From contig JBHGNT010000020.1 in assembly GCA_043228905.1 (NCBI GenBank), positions 12,214,001-12,278,000 on the forward strand: a DNA stretch of 64,000 bases, read 5' to 3'. The notes under the pieces were generated by a model. It searched no databases. It saw nothing but the letters and a program-made list of their open reading frames with translations, and was not told the origin of the DNA. Of this stretch, positions 54,828-64,000 are shown one piece after another. The translations under genes and the position numbers were made by a program. How positions within the stretch are numbered: position 1 is the first letter of the stretch; the number at the start of each line of letters is the position of its first letter. This stretch comes from Azolla caroliniana. Lineage: Eukaryota; Plantae; Polypodiophyta.

Positions 54828-55049
54828 CGCCCGTCGACTGTCGACTGTCGACCGTCGCCCGTCGCCCGTCGCCGTCTTCTTCTGAACACAGAAAAGATTT
54901 GTGGATCTATCAGAAACAGAAACAGAAAAGAGGAACAAAAAAAAAACACTCAAAAACAGAGAGAAAAACGAAGATTTACATAATTACAGGAAATGCCCCT
55001 CCCCTCTTTTGGGAGTGGGTCCCCACTTTCTCATTATTCCTATCCATAC

Positions 55050-55100
<51 letters not shown>

Positions 55101-55103
<3 letters not shown>

Positions 55104-55442
55104 GGTAACATTCATTGCTAAAGTTCTTGAACATCGAGAGTCACTACTCACTTTCACACGTATCACGTGAAATGTAATATTTTTTGGTCTCATAGTTCAT
55201 ATTTGACCTCCGAAGACGATAATATAATCTCTCTATCTATCTATCTCTCTCATATCTCTTTATTTTATTGTAATTAGCTGACCCTAGTGGTAAGTTGTTA
55301 TTACACTACAAGCACTGCATCGTGGGTTCGAAACCCAATTTCCTCATATCTTTGTTTCATACTTCATACATATCTCTTAATTCACTAGCTACCACTTTGG
55401 AATGTAGGGGTTGAACCCATGACTTCTTGGTCTCCATTGGGC

Positions 55443-55482
<40 letters not shown>

Positions 55483-55548
55483 CTCCAACAACTCTTGCCA
55501 CTTTGGAATGTAGGGGTTGAACCCAATGACTTCCTCATCTCCATAGGC

Positions 55549-55601
<53 letters not shown>

Positions 55602-55707
55602 ATATAGGAGAAAAATACAAGACAAAGAAGAGGACAAGGAGAGGTGGTGTAAAGAATCAAGAGATGGATTCTGTGCAGCGGAATAGATATGAATTGTGTG
55701 TGTGTAT

Positions 55708-55738
<31 letters not shown>

Positions 55739-56705
55739 TAAGACAGAGAGAATACGCAAGGTAAAGTGTATTAACAAAGGAGAAAGACTCAACATTTTAC
55801 AAGGTGGGAAGAGGGTGCTTTATCTAGTCACCCTCTCTCTTCATTAACTACAAGACTCATGGAGCATGGGGAATGTGAAAGCTCATAAGTTATGTGTCAT
55901 AGAATATGATTCTATGACTCATACTAAATGCTAGAATACAAAGTGGTGACATAATGGTGACTCTTGACCGTTGGAGTGTCTATTCACTCTCAAGGTGAGT
56001 TCACACATTAGACCAAGTTGAGCTTGATTCTCAACAGGTGGCATGTTTGATTAAGACGGAAATAGAGAAATACGTGTCAATCGTAAAAAATGATGAACAT
56101 ATGGCTCAAAATAGAAACACCTAATGATTTGCCCACTTTTGTCGTTGGATGTTACACTTCTTAGATGTGACACGGGGCGTTAGGGCACAAGTGATGAGAG
56201 TGGCCGACTATGCACACTTTGCCCTAAACAAGTTCAAGAGTCTCAGTATCACACTTTGATACGATGCTCTACTTTTGATCATATTCGACCATGCTTTCCA
56301 TATCTCTTCGATTGCGCCCAATCCTTGCACGAATTTCTCTCACAACCACGATGTGCACTCTCAATTGCAACATTCATTGGTAAAGTTGTTGAACATCGAG
56401 AGTCACTACTCTCCTTCACACGTATCACGTGAAATGTAATATTTTTGGTCTCATAGGTCATATTTGACCTCCGAAAACGATAATATAATCTCTCTATCTA
56501 TCTATCTCTCTCTCATATCTCTTTATTTTATTGTAATTAGCTGACCCTAGTGGTAAGTTGTTATTACACTACAAGCACTGCATCGTGGGTTCGAAACCCA
56601 ATTTCCTCATATCTCTGTTTCATACTTCATACATATCTCTTAATTCACTAGCTACCACTTTGGAATGTAGGGGTTGAACCCATGACTTCTTGGTCTCCAT
56701 TGGGC

Positions 56706-56745
<40 letters not shown>

Positions 56746-57327
56746 CTCCAACAACTCTTACCACTTTGGAATGTAGGGATTGAACCCAATGACTTCCTCA
56801 TCTCCATAGGAAACTCTCTCTCTCTCTCTCTCTCTCTTTGATATAGGAGAAAAATACAAGACAAAGAAGAGGACAAGGAGGGGTGGTATGTTTAATTAAG
56901 AAGGAAATAGAGAAATAAGCGTTAATCGTAAAAAATGATGAACATAAATGCTACATATGGCTCAAAATAGAAACACCTAATGATTTGCCCACTTTTGTCG
57001 TTGGATGTTACACTTCTGAGATGTGACACGGGGCGTTGGGGCACAAGTGATGAGAGTGGCCGACTATGCACACTTTGCCCTAAACAAGTTTGAGAGTCTA
57101 AGTATCACACTTTGATACAATGCTCTACTTTTGACCATATTCAACCATGCTTTCCACATCTCTTCGATCGAGCCCAGTCCTTGCACGAATTTCTCTCACA
57201 ACCACGATGTGCACTCTCGATTGCAACATTCATTGGTAAAGTTGTTGAACATCGAGAGTCACTACTCACCTTCACACATATCACGTGAAATGTAATATTT
57301 TTTGTCTCATAGGTCATATTTGACCTC
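55101..57327. repeat. Tandem segmental duplication upstream of CHR12: units start ~55101, ~56364, ~57221; third unit continues at 63113 after the copia insertion
   Basis: AACATTCATTG.TAAAGTT.TTGAACATCGAGAGTCACTACTC at 55107, 56369, 57225 (spacings 1262 and 856); unit 2 lacks ~400 bp of unit 1. Confidence 0.92.
55277..55337 (+). mobile_element. tRNA-like SINE head (second copy at ~56540-56600)
   Basis: GCTGACCCTAGTGGTAA...TACAAGCACTGCATCGTGGGTTCGAAACCCA: A-box-like motif plus a canonical T-arm/B box. Confidence 0.55.
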
Positions 57328-60300
57328 TGTTGAGCAGCAAGCTCAACCAAATCCGGATCGGCTGAATAAGCCTGAGCCGAATCAGCATCAGAAGGATGAA
57401 ACCGGATCAGTGAGACAGATCGGCGAGCCGGTGAGCTGGGGAGCCGGTTAGTTGGATCAAACAGTAACCAGAAGCCTAGTAGTAGCCTAGACTACAAAGT
57501 AGTTAATGTCTCATAGTTAGTGTCAGACACTCGTATGAGCATTGAAGTACACCGTACTTTTGTCAGTTCGTATGGACTTGTATAAAAGTGTTCACTGGAC
57601 ACATACGATGTACAGATTGAGTATTATTTTTTAATAGAGTTTCTGTGTGCTCTCTCTCTCACTCTCTGTCTCTCCCGCATACAGTGTATATCCTATGCTC
57701 TCCATTAAACCTGTGTTTCTGTGTTCTGTTTTCTATTGCTTCCGCACAACGTATTCTTTTACATGGTATCAGAGTGCGAGGGTTGAGAACCTCTGTAGCC
57801 GACATAGGTTGAAAAGAAAACCAACCAAGAAAAATAAGAAAAACAAAATGGATAGAGGCATGGCTAGCTCACTTCCTACCAAGAAGCTCGACATAAACAA
57901 CTAAGCATCTTGGTCCTACAAGATGCACCAGTACCTACTCGGGCACGGTTACTGGAGCTATGTCGACGGAGCAAATGACATAACACCCGAATCGACACAC
58001 AGAGATTTCCCGATGTGGGAACAGTTGGCGAGAAGAGTATTGTACTGCTTCGCGTCTTGTGTGGGTGAACAAATTCTGAGCTATATTCGAAATGTGAAAA
58101 CGCCAAAGGATGCTTGGGGAAATTTGAAGAAGATTTTTGCCGCAAGCACCACAACCAAGAAGCTTCAACTCCGACAAGAGTTGAGCAACTTACGACAACA
58201 CGACTTATCGGTGGCTGATTACACCTCGAAGATCAAAGAGATATGTGACTCCTTAGCCTCTATCAATGTGAACATCGAGGAAGCGAGATGGTGCAGATCT
58301 GTCTCAGGGGACTAGCGTCAAAGTTCGGAGCGTTCCGAACTGCTATGTGTACACGAGAGAATACGCCGTCATTTTTTTACTTACAATCGATGCTCCTTGT
58401 GGAGGAGAACCACGTTGGTGTGTCAACAAGTGCACCCACCGACACCCAGATGTTGTACAAGGAGGCGGATCGGCCCCGTGGGCGTGGTGGACGAGGCGGG
58501 TCGGCTCGCAATGGTAGCGGCCGGCAAGAGCAGGACCGAAGGCACAGAGAACGTGCTGACAGTAGTTCCGGACCCTCCACAAGCAGGGGGATTCAAGGCG
58601 GCGCTAGAGGCTGACACGGAATGCTGGTACTATGGTAAAAAGGGCCACAAAGAAAGCGAGTGCTGGAAAAAGCGCGCCGATTCGGACAGATCCAGATCTG
58701 GCAAGGCCGGTAGAGAGAACCGAAAAAGTCGGTAAAGGGCCAGCCTTGGTGGTGAAACACAAGGCTCACTCGATGAAGAAGACCACTTCCAAATCGGAGG
58801 AAGTGTGGTACATTGATTCCGGTGCATCGAATCACATGACGAGCCACAAAGAGTGGTTCTCCTTCTCGGAGAAACCGGAACAACCAGGGGTCGTCAAAAC
58901 CAGAGACGACACTCCTCACCCAATCGTGCATGTCAGAGAAGTTCCTTTGAGCCACGTCGAACAGAGGGGGAAGCTGATGAACGTATTACACGTTCCGACC
59001 ATCACGAAGAACCTGGTGTCGGTTGGACAAATAGTCGACCAGGGGATGCAGGTGCGGTTTACGCACCTCGGGTGCTTCATCGAGGAAGAGGGCTAGATTA
59101 TTGCTCAAGGGTGCAGAGACGGGAGGATGTTCATCCTCGACACCAATGACGTAGGCACCCCTTTGTTCGCCAAAGGACAAAAGATTGAATCGGATATTGA
59201 TCTCTGGCACAAGCGGATCAACCACGTCAATTACCGGAGGCTTCAAGACCTGGAAACGAAACAAGTTGTTTTCGGTTTGCCGAAGTTCAGTGGCCGGAAG
59301 GCCCAAATATGTGAAGCCTACCAACTCCGGAAGCAACACCGTCTTCCATTCCCCACCGAACGAAACCGGAGCCGTAACAAGCTCGACCTTATTCATTCGA
59401 ATGTATGGGGACCGGCACAAAACGTTAGTCTTGGCAGGAGTCGGTATTTCGTCTCCTTCATCAACGACTACAGCCGGCATACATGGATCTACCTCATTGA
59501 GCGGAAGAGCAAAGTCTTCCAGTGTTTCCAGAACCTACAAAGCTTGGTTAAACGGGAAACGGAGAGTAAGATCAAGTGCCTACGGTCGGATGGCGGAAAA
59601 AAATATTTTTCCGGCCAATTCAACAGTTATCTGCAGCAAAAAGGAATTCGAAGAGAGTTCAGCTGTAGATACACACCGGAGCAAAACGGTGTGGCCGAAA
59701 GGAAGAACCGGTTGATTGTCAACGCGGCAAGGGTAATGCTGGAGGAGAAGAGCATGCCCCATTTCTACTAGGGGGAGGCGGTCTGGACGGCCGTCTACAT
59801 CCAAAACCCGATCGGTGACAAGGTGTCCTCGCATGAGCTATATTTCGGGCGCAAGCCGAATTTGAGACACCTTCGGATATTCAGTAGCATTGCATGTGTG
59901 CATGTGCCGGATGAGAAGCGGAGGAAGTTGGATGCAAAGTCGAAGAAATGCATCCTGGTCAGTTACTCGCATGAGCAAAAGAGGTATAAATGCTATAACC
60001 CCCAGACGTAGCAGGCCCGAGTTAGCCAGGATGTTGAGTTTGATGAGACGGCATCATGGTATGTCTTACCGGCTCCAACTTCCGACCCCGACCCGATACC
60101 GGAGGATGAGGCTAGTGAGCCTAAACCGGTCCAGATGGAAGATGAAGACCTCGGCATTCTAGAAGAGAGTCCGATCTCATTTCGGTTTAGTGGACCGAAT
60201 GAGCGGCTGAGTTGGGATGACCAGCTGGATGAGGAATTGACGAGTAGTGGAGACTCTGTCGTGCTCTCCCCGCGCAAAGAGAAGGGGAAGAAGAAGATGC

Positions 60301-63112
60301 CGGAATACGAAACCGGCAATGTTGACTCAAATCGGAGCGAATCCGACTCCGGTAAGGAAGAAGGCGAATCTTCGGGAACGAAGTCCGAACCGGCCAAGAA
60401 GGGCCTCAAATCGGGTACAACGATAGATTACGCTGATCTTCCCGCCAAAACAACCCTGTGAAGCGGTACGAGTACAATGAGTACATGGCACATCACTATG
60501 CGTACATGACCAAGGTAGCGGAAGTGCGTGAGCCGGAGAGCTACGCATACGCGGCAAAGGACGCAAATTGGTGTGCCGCTATGAAGGAAGAAATGCGGGC
60601 ACTCGATGCCAACGACACATCGAACCTAGTTGACCCTCCCCGACACTGTAAAACCAATCGGATGTAAGTGGGTGTACAAGGTAAAGTACAATGTCGACAG
60701 TTCGGTTAACTGGTACAAGGCCCAGTTACTAGCGAAGGGATACGCGCAGACCCACGGAATCGACTACGACGAGACCTTCGCTCCGGTAGTGAAGATGACG
60801 ACGGTTCGTGTGGTGTTGGTGGTTGTTGTGGCATGGGGGTGGCATCTTCACCAGATGGACGTGAAGAATGCATTTCTTCAAGGCGATCTTGAAGAAGAGG
60901 TCTTTATGACCCAACCCCCCAGTTTCTAGTCGGATATGAACAAGTCGACGGTATATTGGCTGAAGAAGTCACTTTATGGCCTGAAGCAAGCGCCTCGAGC
61001 TTGGAATGTGAAGATCACGCATCGGTTGCGTAAGATGGGGTTTGCGGCCTCCAAGTCCGACTCTTCGTGGTTCATCCGGCAAGGTCTGGACGGTCCAGTT
61101 TGCATCTTGTTGTATGTTGATGATCTAGTCATCACCAGACCTGGACTCGATGAAATCGGCCGAGTCAAGTCCCAGTTGTCGGATGCATTTGAAATGAAGG
61201 ACCTGGGGGACCTTCACTACTTCCTTGGGATCGAGGTGATCCGAACCCCCGACGGCATATTGCTCTCACAGAGACACTATGTGTTGAATATGTTGTACAA
61301 GTTCGGCATGACAGAATGCCGACCGATCTCCACACCCCTGAACCGGAACTAGAAGCTCTGTCCCGACTCTAGACCGGCTTGCGATGAGAAACGGTTCCGA
61401 CAAATCGTCAGAAGCCTGATATACTTGACGATCACTTGACCCGACCTCAGTTACCCGATCGGAGTGATCAACCAGTTCATGCAAAAGCCAACTGTCGAGC
61501 ACCTTTTGTGCACGCATCGCATTTTGCGATATATGAGTGGCACAAAGGAACGGGAACTGTTATACCGGCATGGTATAACCGAAGAGCTAGTCGACTACAC
61601 TGATGCCGACTGGGCCGGCGATGCATCGGATCGCCTATCCACCTCTAGCTATATGTTTTCCCTTGGTAGCGCGGCTGTTGCGTGGAGCAGCAAAAAGCTA
61701 CCAACAATGGCCCTTTCGAGCATTGAGGCTGAATACCGAGGCGCTACCGTTGCCACCTGTGAAGCCATTTGGCTTCGACGATTGTTGCAAGACCTGCAGA
61801 TCGAGGTGCCGACATCAATCCTGATCTACTACGACAACATAAGCAACATGCAGCTCGCCAAGAACCCTGTATTCTACGCTCGAACAAAGCACATATAAGT
61901 GCACTACCACTTCGTGCGTGAGCATGTTCATACGGATCGGCAAGTTGCCAACATCTTCACCAAACCGCTTGGATCAGACAAGTTGCAACACTTCACCGAA
62001 ATGCTATGTGTTCAGCATCTCAACGTGCCACACTTGAGGGGGAGAACGGGCAAAGGCAAAGAGACTGTCGATTGCGCCGGTAAGGGAAAAACCGACAAGG
62101 GGAGAGATAAGAAGAAGAAAGGAGCTGAGTCAACAGAGGAAGTTGACACATCCAAACAAGTCGGAACAAGCAGCAACGGTGGCAGAGTCAAGAAGGACAG
62201 AGCTGCCAAGACCCGGACATGGTCCGATGTGGTGAAGGGCCTGGAACCGGAAACGAATCGGGAGTGACCGATTCGGACAAGAGCTGGAATGAATCGGAGA
62301 CAATCGATTCAGTTCAACAAACGGATTCGGAAGAATCGGATCAATTCAAGGCCAAGATGATGAGAAGGCAGCGAAAGTCGATGCCAACACAAAGGAATCG
62401 GCGAATCGGCAACACAAAGATGATGAGAAGGCAGCAAAAGTTGATGCCAACACAAAGGAATCGACGAAGTCACAACAGCAAGGGAGCTAAATTGGGCATG
62501 TTGAGTAGACAAGCCGACCAAGGAGGTCGAGGTGCGCAGAATCAGAATGGTCGCGGCAAACGAAATCGGACCGGACCAGGAGCGCGATCGAGGCGGAGTG
62601 ACGCCTGAAGGAGCCGGGTGGAAGGACCGGCTGCCATGGAGACTAACACTACGATCCGACCTCAAGTTGAGCTTGAGGGGGAGTGTTGAGCGACAAGCTC
62701 AACCGGATCCAGATCGGCATCCGGAAGGATGAAGCCGGATCGGTGAGATGGATCGGCAAGCCGGTGAACAATTGAGCCGGTGAGCTGGGGAGCCGGTTAG
62801 CTGGATCAAACAGTAACCGGAAGCCTAGTAGTAGCCTAGACTACTAGGTAGTTAATGTCTCATAGTTAGTGTCAGACGTTTGTATGAGCATTGAAGTACA
62901 CCGTACTTCTGTCAGTCCGTACGGACTTGTATAAAAGTGTTCGTTGGACACATACGATGTACAAATTGAGTATTATTTTTTAATAGAGCTTCTGTGTGCT
63001 CTCTCTCTCACTCCCTGTCTCTCTCGCGTACTGTGTATATCCTAAGCTCTCCATTAAACCTGCGTTTCTGTGTTCTATTTTCTATTGCTTCCGCACAACG
63101 TATTCTTTTACA
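57328..63112 (+). mobile_element. Full-length, inactivated Ty1/copia LTR retrotransposon (5785 bp)
   Basis: LTRs 57328-57763 and 62684-63112 (TGTTG...TTACA); 5-bp TSD ACCTC (57323-57327, 63113-63117); iMet PBS TGGTATCAGAG 57764-57774; PPT GAGGGGGAG 62675-62683; domain order gag-PR-IN-RT-RH. Confidence 0.97.
57848..62267 (+). pseudogene. Copia gag-pol, disrupted by many stops and frameshifts
   Basis: Degenerate zinc knuckle CWYYGKKGHKESEC, protease WYIDSGASNHM, LWHKRINH, integrase LRSDGG/PEQNGVAERKNR, RT HQMDVKNAFLQG, LYGLKQAPRAW, YVDDL, RNase H YTDADWAG/EAEY; stops at e.g. 57902, 59769, 60009. Confidence 0.95.
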
Positions 63113-63130
63113 ACCTCCGAAGACGATAAT

Positions 63131-63179
<49 letters not shown>

Positions 63180-63289
63180 CAACAACTCTTGCCATTATGG
63201 AATGTAGGGGTTGAACCCATGACGTTCAGGACTCCATTGGGCTACTCTTTATCTATCTATTTATTTCTCTCTCACTCTTAGAGAGACAA

Positions 63290-64000
63290 TGCCACCAGGC
63301 ATATACTTTCAAGAGCCACAGACTAAGGGATGGCTCTTTGACTCATCAGGGACCCCTTCCCTCATGTATGCATCAATGGTTTGGGCTCCAGGGCTACTAT
63401 ATTTCATGTGGACGCAATTAGAGAGACCATTCGTGACGATGTTATCGCGTCAACTCGGAAGCAAATCAATAGTACCACATGACATTATTAAAGTAGAGCT
63501 TACTTTACCCCCGATGTTAGTAGAAACGCTTTTCCAACTTGTAGTTTTTATTCATAGGATACATAACCAACCACAAGAAAGGATATCTCATCAAGCTTTT
63601 GAGGCATTCTTGATCACTTTATCAGTTCGGAGATACTAGCTCTTGGTATAGCATTAGGGTGAGTTGGCTTCTTGCAAATGGCCTAGACATTAATAACCTA
63701 CCTCCCATTAGGTACAACCATGAGACTGATAACACTTTAATCTCTCATGAGGAGGGTAATAGAAATATGGCAATTTTACACTCGATATAGATGGATCAAC
63801 CCACTAGAGTCACTCCCATCTAAAATGTTATACTACAAGGAACACTTCATGCACTTCTCTAAGTTAGGTTTTATTACATGACCAAAATATCTAGATACGT
63901 TCTTACCAAATGTACTAAGGGTTGCGATTGGACAACTTAGAATATCATCTCACCATCTTGAGATTGAGAATTGTCGTACTAGTGGAGTCCATAAAGAGGA
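63290..64000 (+). pseudogene. LINE (non-LTR retrotransposon) ORF2 C-terminal relic, runs off the window
   Basis: 63922-64000 translates VAIGQLRISSHHLEIENCR, matching the LRxSSHxLxIExGR motif that precedes the C-terminal Cys region of LINE ORF2; the left boundary is approximate. Confidence 0.55.

Noticed and set aside
55277-55345. Functional tRNA gene
   Set aside because: Has A/B boxes and a T-arm but no pairing acceptor or anticodon stem.

Overview
Eukaryotic nuclear DNA from a land plant (spliceosomal GT-AG introns, plant-type gene families, abundant (AG)n/(AC)n microsatellites; a seed-free plant such as a fern is my inference, not shown). I can assemble six intact, in-frame multi-exon genes by hand: RUVBL2/TIP49b (-), a DsbA/FrnE-type CPWC oxidoreductase (+), a TPX2-related protein (-), a MATH-BTB (BPM) CUL3 adaptor (+), a DUF1635 protein (+) and a CHR12/CHR23 (MINU)-type SWI/SNF ATPase (-). 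Mobile DNA: a non-autonomous LTR element with a 4-bp TSD inside the DsbA gene, a full-length but inactivated Ty1/copia nested in a tandem duplication, an intronic copia relic, two hAT-type MITEs, tRNA-like (Pol III A/B-box) SINE heads and a LINE relic. The most unusual pattern is that each of the six genes has its own tandem-repeat array just upstream, including a hairpin/B-box array grown from a SINE-like head and a palindromic 34-bp repeat separated by variable microsatellite spacers. I see no CRISPR, rRNA or intact tRNA. No new biological system is demonstrated; the candidates below are hypotheses. All coordinates and identities were counted by hand.
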